Assembly (NCBI GenBank): GCA_965204375.1
Contig: OZ241986.1
Location: 5,280,001-5,344,000 of the forward strand
Source of the DNA: Candidatus Latescibacterota bacterium
GTDB lineage: Bacteria > Latescibacterota > UBA2968
Direction of reading: 5' to 3'
DNA length: 64,000 bases
A model generated the notes under the pieces. The model was not told where the DNA came from. It worked only from the letters and a program-made list of their open reading frames with translations, and did no database searches. Shown piece by piece: positions 21,131 to 30,052 of this stretch (position 1 is the first letter of the stretch; every line of letters starts with the position of its first letter). The translations under genes were made by a program, and so were the position numbers.

Positions 21131-21512
21131 TAAAATAGCAGATATTGAAGTAAAACACGATGGTCTCGTTGCGGGAATTCTCAGCGAGCGAAGGGTTGTT
21201 CTCAACAAGGGGGAAGAGGACGGTATCTTGGGTGGCGACGAGTTCGTCGTTTTTACCCTTGGGAAAGAGGTACATGATCCTAAGACGGGCGAAAGTCTCG
21301 GAATACTGGAAAATATTAAGGGTAAGGGTGAGGTCATTCATGTTCAGGATCACATGTGTACCATTGAGACTTATGAATATGATATGGTTCCAGGATCAAA
21401 TCCTCTGGTACCACCTCTCTATCGAAATGAGATAAAGGTCTATCAAGAGTTCGTGAATGTGCAGTGTGGCGACTATGCGCGTAAGCTTGATAAGGAGTAT
21501 TTAAATGGCTGA
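21123..21512 (+). CDS. Hypothetical protein, FlgT C-terminal-like beta domain, copy 1
   Basis: VVLNKG..DGI..GDEFVVF.LG.EVHDPKTGESLG motif; AAGGAG RBS. Confidence 0.7.
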   Translation: MADKIADIEVKHDGLVAGILSERRVVLNKGEEDGILGGDEFVVFTLGKEVHDPKTGESLGILENIKGKGEVIHVQDHMCTIETYEYDMVPGSNPLVPPLYRNEIKVYQEFVNVQCGDYARKLDKEYLNG

Positions 21513-21903
21513 TAAAATAGCAGATATTGAGGTAAAACACGATGGTCTCGTTGCGGAAATTTGTAATGAACGAAAGGTTGTGCTCAACAAGGGATCAAAC
21601 GATGGTATCTCGAGTGGTGATAAATTCGTTGTTTTCAATCTCGGAGAAGAGGTACACGATCCTAAGACGGGCGAGAGCCTTGGCATACTGGAAGAGATCA
21701 AGGGTAAGGGCAAGGTCATTCATGTTCAGGATCACATGTGTACTATTCAAACTTATGAGTTCGAGATAGAATCGATGCCACCGCCAATACCCATCACACG
21801 CAGGGATCCTTCCCCTTTTCTTTATCAAGGGGAAAAAAGAAAGGTCTATCGGAAGTTTGTAGAGGTGGCGCGTGGGGACTATGCACGCAAGATCAGGTTT
21901 TAG
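21505..21903 (+). CDS. Hypothetical protein, FlgT C-terminal-like beta domain, copy 2 (tandem paralogue)
   Basis: Same MADKIADIEVKHDGLVA start as copy 1; diverged C-terminal loop; overlaps the copy 1 stop. Confidence 0.7.
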   Translation: MADKIADIEVKHDGLVAEICNERKVVLNKGSNDGISSGDKFVVFNLGEEVHDPKTGESLGILEEIKGKGKVIHVQDHMCTIQTYEFEIESMPPPIPITRRDPSPFLYQGEKRKVYRKFVEVARGDYARKIRF

Positions 21904-21959
21904 GGAGAGTGATCACGATTAGCGAAAAGCATCTACCCGGTTTTTAGATTGGATATAAG

Positions 21960-22766
21960 ATGAAGAAAATAGTCCTTGTATTGCTCTTGTTGGTAAATGG
22001 GTCGGCTCATATCCTGTTTGGTGAAGAAGTGCCGAATGATGTTGGCCTGAGTATTGGGCATGCGCCACCTGCATTTACACTGCCGGATTTGTACTCTGGA
22101 GAATTGGTTTCTCTGAGTGATTTTCGCGGGAAGAAGACGGCGTTTTTTATGTGGGCGTCCTGGTGAGGATGCCGCGCTCAGTTGCCTGGATGGCAAGCGT
22201 TTTATCAGGAGTACGGTGAACAGGTTGAGGTGGTGGTTATTGCTCAGGATGCTCAGGGTGCCGAGGTTGCCAAACCCTGGGTTGAAAAGGCTGGCGGTAC
22301 ATATCGCGCATTGCTGGATCAGCACAACGCGATTGGCAAGGCGTATAATGTCAAATTCGTGCCGGTTGGGATTTTTGTGGATGAAGAGGGACAGCTTGTC
22401 CGCAGTGTTGGTAGCGTTAATATTGACAATGAGACCCTGCGCGGAGAACTGGTGGAGTGGATAACAACGGGGGCTATTCCTGGAGCCTGGCGCGATGGGG
22501 ATAAGGGTGCGAAACCCCGCGTGCTGACTGCGGATGAGCAGGAGGCCGATGCACTATTTCAGCGCGCTATCGCGTTGCTAAAACAGGGTAAGCGCGAAGA
22601 CGCTGTTGCAGAATTAAAGCGCGCGTATGTCCTGGATCCCAAAAATTGGTTGATTCGAAAGCAGTTGTGGGCGATAGAGAATCCCGGGATGTTTTACGAT
22701 GGCAAGGTCGATTATCGCTGGCAAAAGGAACAGATGGCGAGAGAAGATGAGGAATTAAAAAAATGA
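21960..22766 (+). CDS. ResA/TlpA-like thioredoxin-fold selenoprotein (WASW-U-GC) with a C-terminal TPR-like region
   Basis: ORFs 21960-22166 and 22182-22766 share a frame across TGA 22164-22166, which lies at the redox Cys position (LSDFRGK...WASW*GCR). SECIS-like hairpin TTGCC-tggat-GGCAA at 22182-22196. selD and selC are adjacent. Confidence 0.9.
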
Positions 22767-23806
22767 AGTATGGTGCTAAAAGATTGACTCAGCTCGTCAG
22801 TTGCGGTGGTTGAGCATCGAAACTCGATCCAGCGGTGCTGGATGTGATTTTAAAAAAGTTGCCACCTGTGGCGCATCCCAATTTGATGGTGGGGATGAAT
22901 ACGGCTGATGATGCTGGCGTGTTTCGGATTTCTGAGGATGTGGCTCTTATTCAGACGGTGGATTTTTTTACGCCTATTGTCGATGATCCGCATGCGTATG
23001 GGCAGATTGCCGCAGCCAATTCACTGAGCGATGTGTACGCGATGGGAGGGCGTCCGATTACTGCGCTGAATATTTGCGGGTTTCCGAGTGATGATGTCGA
23101 GCCAGAGGTGATTGCCGAGGTTTTAAAAGGGGCACAGGAGAAGGTGGCGGAGTCCGGAGCGGTTCTGGTGGGTGGGCATTCTGTGGAGGATGTGGAACCC
23201 AAGTACGGTTTGTCGGTTACGGGGGTTGTGCATCCGGATGATGTGAAGACCAATGCGGGTGCTCAGGTAGGAGATCGTCTGATTTTGACCAAGCCGCTGG
23301 GTACGGGTTTGATGTCGGATGCCTATCAAAATGGCGAGATCGATGAAGGTGCGTTGCAGATTGCGGTGGATTCTATGGTGCAGTTGAATCGCATCGCAGC
23401 CGAGGAGATGGTTGCATATAAAGCGCATGGGTGTACGGATATTACGGGGTTTGGGTTGCTGGGGCATGGGTTGGAGATGGCGCAGGCGAGTGGCGTTGGG
23501 TTTTGCATTCGCGGTTCTGATGTGCCGTGTTTTGATCTGGCTTTGCAGATTGCAGAGGGGCGCGAGGGCGGTGGTTTGCGGCGCAATCGGGCGGCGCGAG
23601 GGCATGCGGTGAGGTTTGCCGAAGATGTTGACGAGGTTTTGAGGCGTTTGTTTTTTGATCCGCAGACTTCTGGCGGTCTGTTAATTGCACTTGCGTCCGA
23701 TGCGGCTGATGCTTTTCTTGGAGCACTAATTGAGCGCGGTGTGATGGCTCGAGATATTGGCGAGGTGGTTGCAGAACATCCCGGTGAGATTGAGGTACGA
23801 GCGTGA
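22763..23806 (+). CDS. selD: Selenide, water dikinase (selenophosphate synthetase), selenocysteine-containing
   Basis: ATG 22763 (ATGA overlap) reads MKYGAKRLTQLVSCGG-U-ASKL, with TGA 22811-22813 at catalytic codon 17. Motifs DDAGV, QTVDFFTP, SDVYAMGG, TDITGFGLLGH and DPQTSGGLL. Confidence 0.96.
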
Positions 23807-23808
23807 TT

Positions 23809-23906
23809 GGGAGTGGATGGGGAACTGGTGTCCCCCGCGGGCTTCAAACCCGTTGTTGCGTGCTAACCCCACGCTTGGTGGGTTCGATTCCCACACATTC
23901 CCGCCA
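23809..23906 (+). tRNA. selC: tRNA-Sec (anticodon UCA)
   Basis: GGGAGTG/CATTCCC acceptor stem, CGGG-CTTCAAA-CCCG anticodon arm, long variable arm, GTGGGTTCGATTCCCAC T arm and encoded GCCA end. Confidence 0.93.
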
Positions 23907-23911
23907 TTTTT

Positions 23912-23950
23912 GATAGCGGAGAAACTTTCTGAGTTTCTCCGCTGTCTTTA
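23912..23950 (+). terminator. Intrinsic terminator-like hairpin after selC
   Basis: GATAGCGGAGAAACT-ttctg-AGTTTCTCCGCTGTC followed by TTTA. Confidence 0.65.
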
Positions 23951-23972
23951 TGTGTGACTTCAGGAGGTATTA

Positions 23973-24866
23973 ATGATCAAACGATTTGCTATTTCTGTTT
24001 TGCTCCTCGCAGGGTTGTGTTCCCCCGCTCGAGGCTGGTTGCTGGAGGGACATCATATTCTGACTTTGTCCGCTGTGGCAGCTTTGCCCGATGAGGTTCC
24101 GGCGTTTTTCAGGCAGGGGGCAAAGACGGTGGCGCATTTGAGTATTGATCCGGATATGGGTAAGAACCGGGGTACGCCGCAGGTGCGAGGGGCAGAGTAT
24201 CCCGAGCATTTTTTGGATCGCGAGATGCTCGATGTGGAGACGCTGCCCGCGAGTCGATATGCGTTTGTCAAGTTGTGTTATGAGCATGGGGTGTCGCCCG
24301 AGAAGATGGGTTTTGTGCCTTATGCGGTGAATGAGTGGACAGAGCGTTTAGCGGTGGCTTTTGCAGAGTTTCGCAAGTGGCCCGATAATCCACATATTCA
24401 GAGTAAGTGCCTGATCTATGCGGGTTTTCTCGCGCACTATGCCGAGGATATGTGCCAGCCTTTGCATTTGACGATTCACTATGATGGGCGTGTGCAGGAG
24501 GGGGGCGAAAAGTTGCAGAGGGGTATTCACCTGAAGGTGGATGGTCTGGTGCAGTTTTTGAAGATGGAGCCAGGGGATTTGTCGCGCGATCAGGATGTGA
24601 CGCCTTTTGATGATGTGATGTCTGAGATTATGCGGGAGTTTGAGGAGGGGTTTGCACTGGTTGATCGGGTTTATGAAATGGGGCCGTATATTCCCAGATA
24701 TGATGAGGAGAATTGGGTACCGAATGCCGAGGTGATCGCTTTTGCAGAGGATCGCGCCCGGGCTGCGACGCGGTTTACCGCGCGGCTTTATTTGACTGCC
24801 TGGCGATTGTCCGAGCGTTTGGAGATTGCAGATTATGTGAAGCGAGAGGTTTGGGACGGGGAGTAG
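23973..24866 (+). CDS. Secreted S1/P1 nuclease / zinc-dependent phospholipase C fold protein
   Basis: Signal peptide, then W..EGH; PD; HF; HYAEDMCQPLH; IHLKVD zinc ligands. Confidence 0.8.
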   Translation: MIKRFAISVLLLAGLCSPARGWLLEGHHILTLSAVAALPDEVPAFFRQGAKTVAHLSIDPDMGKNRGTPQVRGAEYPEHFLDREMLDVETLPASRYAFVKLCYEHGVSPEKMGFVPYAVNEWTERLAVAFAEFRKWPDNPHIQSKCLIYAGFLAHYAEDMCQPLHLTIHYDGRVQEGGEKLQRGIHLKVDGLVQFLKMEPGDLSRDQDVTPFDDVMSEIMREFEEGFALVDRVYEMGPYIPRYDEENWVPNAEVIAFAEDRARAATRFTARLYLTAWRLSERLEIADYVKREVWDGE

Positions 24867-24884
24867 AAAGAAAGGAGATTTTCG

Positions 24885-25784
24885 ATGCGTCGATTGGGTA
24901 TGGTTTTATTGGTACTGTTTATTTCTGGGTCTTCGGCATGGGGCTGGTGGCCGCGAGGGCATGGCATTTTGACAAGGGCGGCTGTTCAGGCTCTTCCGGC
25001 AGATGCGCCTGCTTTTCTCAGGGCTGGTGCAGGTATGGTGGCTCATACGGCTGTTGATCCGGATATTGCGAAGAATCGCGGTACGCTTCATCTGGAGAAG
25101 GCTGGTCATCCGGTTCATTATTTTAATATGGAATTGTTTGAGGCAGAGGATTTACCCGCGTCGCGGTACGCGTTTGGAAGGCTTTGTGCAGAGTTGGGAA
25201 AGAAGCCGGAGCAGGTGGGGTTGTTGCCGTATGTAACAGCGGAATATACCGAGCAACTCGCTCTGGCATTTGCGGAGTTTCGCAGGTGGCCCGAGAATCC
25301 ATTTGTTCAAAATAAGTGTTTGATATACGCCGGGTATGTGGCGCATTTTGCCCAGGAAATTTGTCAACCTCTGAATCTGACGATTCATTGGAATGGTCGC
25401 GTGGTAGATGGCAAGTCGTCGAGGACGCGTATTCACGAGAAGATTGATGGGTTGCTTCAAAATTTGGATTTGAGACCCGAAGATATTGCCGAGGGTTTGA
25501 CTGCTGCGCCCGTGGATAGTTTGATGGCGGGTGTTGTGGCGCAGATGCACGAGAGTTTCGGAGAGGTTGAGTCTGCGTTGTCTATGGAGCAGTATCTCAT
25601 TCCAAAGGATATAGATTGGAAGAATGAGCCTGCGGTGCGCGCTTTTGCGGAGAAGCACGCAAAGAGGGCTGCGGGTTTTACGGTTTCGCTTTATTTGACG
25701 GCGTGGAAGATGTCGGAGAAGATCAGATTGCCGGGTTGGATTGATCGCGGCGAGATGGATCATTTTGGCGCAGAAAAGAAATAG
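24885..25784 (+). CDS. Second S1/P1-like paralogue with altered zinc ligands
   Basis: Signal peptide; WWPRGH; HFAQEICQPLN (D to E, H to N); IHEKID; aligns with the upstream gene. Confidence 0.78.
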   Translation: MRRLGMVLLVLFISGSSAWGWWPRGHGILTRAAVQALPADAPAFLRAGAGMVAHTAVDPDIAKNRGTLHLEKAGHPVHYFNMELFEAEDLPASRYAFGRLCAELGKKPEQVGLLPYVTAEYTEQLALAFAEFRRWPENPFVQNKCLIYAGYVAHFAQEICQPLNLTIHWNGRVVDGKSSRTRIHEKIDGLLQNLDLRPEDIAEGLTAAPVDSLMAGVVAQMHESFGEVESALSMEQYLIPKDIDWKNEPAVRAFAEKHAKRAAGFTVSLYLTAWKMSEKIRLPGWIDRGEMDHFGAEKK

Positions 25785-25786
25785 GG

Positions 25787-26752
25787 GTGTTTATGGGATA
25801 TGATCGAGAGCGCAGGGTCGCTGTTGAGGCTGTGCGCGAGGCGGCTCGGCTTTGTGTCGATGTGCGCAAATCACTTGTTGGGGCGATGGAGAAGGAGGAT
25901 CGGAGTCCGGTGACGGTTGCGGATTTTGGCTCGCAGGCGCTTGTGTGCCGGCGTTTAAAGTCGGTTTTTCCCGAGGATCCGATTGTGGCGGAGGAAGATG
26001 CGTCGGTTCTTAGAGGTGCGGAGCAGAGTGCGATGCGGAAGACTGTGGGCGAATTTGTTCGGGCGTATGCACAGGCGGATGAAAATACAATTTGCGATTG
26101 GATTGATGCGGGTAATGGGGATGTTGCAGAGCGTTTTTGGACACTCGATCCCATTGATGGTACAAAGGGTTTTTTGCGCGGGGATCAATATGCGGTGGCG
26201 CTGGCGCTCGTCGATTGCGGTGAGGTGAAGGTTGCCGCGCTGGCGTGTCCGGCTCTGCCGGTGGATATGGAGGAGATGGACGGCGATTGTGGGGTGTTAT
26301 TTGTGGCGGTGAAGGGAGAGGGTACCCGGGCGATGTCTCTTGGGGGTGGAGATGCTGCTGATGTTCGGATTGATGGGCCTGCGTGGCGGTTTGCCGAGAG
26401 TGTGGAGTCGTCACACTGCGATTTCGATGCACAGCAAGCGGTGGCTCGTGCGGTTGGGATTGTTTCGCCGTCGCTCAGGATGGATAGTCAGGTGAAATAC
26501 GGCGCGGTGGCTCGCGGCGATGCGGCGTTGTATTTGAGGCTGCCGTCGCCGAAGTCTCCGGATTATCGCGAGAATATCTGGGATCACGCTGCGGGTGCTC
26601 TTATTGTTGAGGAAGCCGGTGGACAGGTGAGCGATATGTTTGGTAGGCCGCTGGATTTTGCTTCTGCTGATCAGATGGAAGACAATCGCGGGGTGGTGGT
26701 GAGTGCCCGCGAGATTCACGCGCGGGTGATTGGCGCGCTTCGGGATATGTGA
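25787..26752 (+). CDS. 3'(2'),5'-bisphosphate nucleotidase (inositol monophosphatase family, HAL2-like)
   Basis: SPVTVADFGSQ, AEED, LDPIDGTKGFLRG and ENIWDHAAG motifs. Confidence 0.9.
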   Translation: MFMGYDRERRVAVEAVREAARLCVDVRKSLVGAMEKEDRSPVTVADFGSQALVCRRLKSVFPEDPIVAEEDASVLRGAEQSAMRKTVGEFVRAYAQADENTICDWIDAGNGDVAERFWTLDPIDGTKGFLRGDQYAVALALVDCGEVKVAALACPALPVDMEEMDGDCGVLFVAVKGEGTRAMSLGGGDAADVRIDGPAWRFAESVESSHCDFDAQQAVARAVGIVSPSLRMDSQVKYGAVARGDAALYLRLPSPKSPDYRENIWDHAAGALIVEEAGGQVSDMFGRPLDFASADQMEDNRGVVVSAREIHARVIGALRDM

Positions 26753-27480
26753 TGGGTCAACGAGATTACGATGCTGTTGTTAAGCGCGTGGAGGCGGTGT
26801 CTGGTGTTGATGTGTATGAGTTGGGGGAGGTTGAAGGGTTGCCGGTTTTGCGTGTGTCTGCTGGTAAGGAAGATGTACCTGCTATTTATATCAATGGGGG
26901 GACACACGGCGATGAACCGGCTGGCGTGGAGGCCGCGCTGGCTTTTTTGGAGGGGGAGTGGGAGCGCTGGGCGGATGGGGTGCGTTTTGAAGTTGTTCCG
27001 TGTTTGTGCCCGTGGAGCTATGTTCACAATGCGCGGCTCAATGCACAGGAGGTGGATGTGAATTGGGCGTTTTTGCGCGATGATGTGCCCGAGATTGAGA
27101 TTTTGAAGGGGTTTGTGGAAGGGCGGGTTTTTGCGGGGGTGATCGATTTGCACGAGGATTGGGAGAGTCCGGGATTTTATTTGTACGAGATGTTTGGAGA
27201 CCGGGGACCTCTTGGGCGAGAGATGGTGACGCGGGTGGCCAAGGTTTGTCCGATTAACAAAGAGGCTGAGATTGAGGGCGAGATTGCGGTCAATGGGGTG
27301 ATTCATCCCAATATGGAGGTGTCGAGGCGAAAGTACGGGGAAGGCATACCGATCGCTTTGTATCAGCGAGGCCATACAGGGCATCTGGTGACGTCAGAAA
27401 GCCCGACGGCGCAGCCGATGGATGTGCGCGTGGCGGCGCATCTGGCAGCGGTTGAGGTGATGGTGGAGGCGCAGGTTTGA
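26749..27480 (+). CDS. M14 family metallopeptidase / succinylglutamate desuccinylase-like protein
   Basis: GTHGDEPAG, NARLN and IDLHED motifs. Confidence 0.82.
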   Translation: MMGQRDYDAVVKRVEAVSGVDVYELGEVEGLPVLRVSAGKEDVPAIYINGGTHGDEPAGVEAALAFLEGEWERWADGVRFEVVPCLCPWSYVHNARLNAQEVDVNWAFLRDDVPEIEILKGFVEGRVFAGVIDLHEDWESPGFYLYEMFGDRGPLGREMVTRVAKVCPINKEAEIEGEIAVNGVIHPNMEVSRRKYGEGIPIALYQRGHTGHLVTSESPTAQPMDVRVAAHLAAVEVMVEAQV

Positions 27481-27563
27481 TCTCTGGACCTGAAAAACGC
27501 GCGGAACACGATCCCGCGCCTTTTTAATATGAGCCGATGGCAATTTGACATTCATAATGTGGG

Positions 27564-28847
27564 CTAAAATAATGCCTCCAATTGATCTGCCGCTGCTTTC
27601 GCACCATTTTCCCCCGCTATTTGCGCCTGAATCTCCAACGCGCGTTCTCGGTAGGTATTCTCCTCCACCTGTTTGATCTTACGACAGAGTATCGAGCTAT
27701 TGAGCCGCGCTATCGGTATTGTCGCCGAGACGCCCAGATCTTGCAACCGCAGGGCATTGTCGCATTGTTCATAAGTAAAGGGAACCGCCACCTGGGGTTT
27801 CCCTCTGTACATACCATAGGCAATGGTTCCCGCTCCGCCGATATGTACGAGCGTTCTGATCTGCGGGACTAATTGAGAAAAAGGCTCGTAAGCAATGGGG
27901 AGCAAACGCTCATCTTGTGGTATGTGCTGGCGGATTTCCGCATTGCTTCCTATGACGAGGATGGCCCTCTTGTCCATCAGCAAAGAGGCTTCTGCTGCCA
28001 CTTTGCAAAATCGCTGTCCCTCGGTCCCACTTCCAGTGGTGCCGAGGGAGAACAGTAGAGGCGAATCCCCTTTATCGAGAAATTCCCGAGTTTCTCTAGA
28101 CAGCGATTCCTCTTCCTGATGGTGAAATACAAAGCCGGCGTGAAACATAGGTTGGGGCCAGTCTTTTTGGGCGGGGGCAAAAAGACTGGAAAAGAACGCC
28201 AGATTCAAATGAGGAGAGTTTTGGACTTCCATCAGAATATGAACCTCTTCCAAGTCTGGTAAATCCAGCGATTCCCGCAGCTTCTTTAGCGGAGCAATCC
28301 AGGGATCGACGATCTTTTCTCCCAGCGACCCGATGGCCTGCGCGACGAAAGGCGGCAGGGGCACCCGCCACAAAAAATCCCGCGAGGATCTCTGGCCGAT
28401 AATCCAGCTACGCTTGTATTCGCCTCGATAGGCCAACGGCGATATTGCGAATGATACCCAGGGCTTCCCCAATTTTTTCGCAACAAGGGGAACGGAAAAC
28501 GCCAACGGGTGGCAGAGCAACACGTCGTACTCAGGGACGACTTTTTCAAGCTGATGGTAGTTCCACTCTACGTGCGGAAGCACCAGGTCCCGCAACAGAT
28601 ATTTGTTTCCCGCTATATCGGATTGAATCGCGTACTCCACCCAGGTTTGTAGCTGATTCTGGTCCAGTGCAGGACGCTGGCGGAGATAATCCAGCCCCAG
28701 GCGTTCTATTTTTTCTTGGTGGGAACCGTTGGAGGCGATGGTGACGCCATGTCCTCTTCGGACCAATTCCAACGCGAGTCCGATGACTGGATTCAAATCG
28801 CCGCCCGGCGTCCCCATTGTGGCAAGTAGAAACTTCTTCCTGTTCAT
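27564..28847 (-). CDS. GT1 family UDP-glycosyltransferase (RhlB / sterol glycosyltransferase-like)
   Basis: GGDLNPVIGLALELVRRGH, FSLGT, HIGGAGT and PFTYEQCDNA motifs; ATGA overlap with the upstream gene. Confidence 0.85.
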   Translation of the reverse strand: MNRKKFLLATMGTPGGDLNPVIGLALELVRRGHGVTIASNGSHQEKIERLGLDYLRQRPALDQNQLQTWVEYAIQSDIAGNKYLLRDLVLPHVEWNYHQLEKVVPEYDVLLCHPLAFSVPLVAKKLGKPWVSFAISPLAYRGEYKRSWIIGQRSSRDFLWRVPLPPFVAQAIGSLGEKIVDPWIAPLKKLRESLDLPDLEEVHILMEVQNSPHLNLAFFSSLFAPAQKDWPQPMFHAGFVFHHQEEESLSRETREFLDKGDSPLLFSLGTTGSGTEGQRFCKVAAEASLLMDKRAILVIGSNAEIRQHIPQDERLLPIAYEPFSQLVPQIRTLVHIGGAGTIAYGMYRGKPQVAVPFTYEQCDNALRLQDLGVSATIPIARLNSSILCRKIKQVEENTYRERALEIQAQIAGENGAKAAADQLEALF

Positions 28848-30043
28848 GATACGCTCCCCTTGGTAGCGACTTCTCGCCAGGGCACCATCCTCGGATAGCG
28901 TCGTCCGTTGAGCCTTTCGCCGATAAAGGTCCCACGCACCCAATAATGGTACGTGACCAGCGTGATGGCAGTTGTCGTACTGAGCACGAGACTGAACTTG
29001 ACGCCTGAGGGAAGAGGATAGTCTGCAAGGAGGGGCGGCAACAAGATGGTTATTGGCATATGGATGATGTACATCCAGTACGAAGCGTCAGACATGTAGC
29101 GCCAGTAGGGGCTCGGCCTGGCGAGATAACGCAAGAACAACCCGAGGGAGCCGTAAATCAGCGACCATATCGACAGGGCAAGACAGGATATTGCCAGGAC
29201 ATGGATGCGAACTGCGGTATCATCTCCATACCCTTGATGGTAGAAGAACTGGTACAACCCGTGGCACACAAGTCCAATAACAAAATGTTCCCAAGCGCGC
29301 GGTTTAAAGCCCTCAAGGACTTCGCGGCGCTTGAAAATTAGCCACCCAACGATAAAAAATACTGCGTACGCAGTTAGAATACGTGGGGGCGGGAGAGGAG
29401 AACTCGAATAGTCAAGCGTCCAATACTTCATGGGGTATAGCGTCAAGCCGCTTATTGCGGCCAGCAGAACCAGACCATAAGGACGGTGGAGTACTCGCGC
29501 GAAGGTATTGAGTATGCGGTCGCGTAAATCCGCTCGAAGACGACAGATGAGACTCCTGACGGGGATGACAACAACACAGAAAATCAGCAGATGGTACAGG
29601 AACCAAAGATGCATAAACAGGCCATTCAATATCGAGCCGAAATCGGCGTCGGGAAGTTTGGGGCCGGCCGTCAAGAGCTGTGCATAGTATGAGCACGCAG
29701 CGACTATTACAAATAGAATGGGCGTACTACAGGCGAGTGGGATACCGATGCGGTTAAGACGGTGGTACAAGAACGTCCTTATCCCGCGCGTGTCGCACAG
29801 AAAGGCAGCGAAGAACCCGGCAATTAAGAAAAAGGTCGGTACCCTGAAGCTGTGAATGAAACTGAATATGTACTCAAAATAAAAACTCGTTTTTGTGTCT
29901 AAATAAACCTGAAAGTTGGCCTCTGGAAGATGAAAATAATGGATAGAAGAATGCAAAACCAAACCCAGCAACATCATGATCGCTCGCAGGCAATCAAGCG
30001 AATGGTAGCGTGGTATCCCGGGCTGTGACGTATTGGTAGGCAT
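28844..30043 (-). CDS. Acyltransferase family 3 (OpgC/MdoC-like) membrane protein
   Basis: RYHSLDCLRA, HSFRVPTFFLIAGFF, HLWFLY and SDASYWMYIIH motifs; multiple TM segments. Confidence 0.9.
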   Translation of the reverse strand: MPTNTSQPGIPRYHSLDCLRAIMMLLGLVLHSSIHYFHLPEANFQVYLDTKTSFYFEYIFSFIHSFRVPTFFLIAGFFAAFLCDTRGIRTFLYHRLNRIGIPLACSTPILFVIVAACSYYAQLLTAGPKLPDADFGSILNGLFMHLWFLYHLLIFCVVVIPVRSLICRLRADLRDRILNTFARVLHRPYGLVLLAAISGLTLYPMKYWTLDYSSSPLPPPRILTAYAVFFIVGWLIFKRREVLEGFKPRAWEHFVIGLVCHGLYQFFYHQGYGDDTAVRIHVLAISCLALSIWSLIYGSLGLFLRYLARPSPYWRYMSDASYWMYIIHMPITILLPPLLADYPLPSGVKFSLVLSTTTAITLVTYHYWVRGTFIGERLNGRRYPRMVPWREVATKGSVS

Positions 30044-30052
30044 TTTGTGAAC

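Noticed and set aside
22182-22766. Separate 68-aa and 194-aa genes, and a 323-aa SelD starting at 22835
   Set aside because: Better explained by UGA-Sec recoding; the short forms lose their catalytic residues.
23809-23906. tRNA-Sec as an integration site for a mobile element
   Set aside because: No integrase follows it and I saw no duplicated tRNA 3' end in the window.
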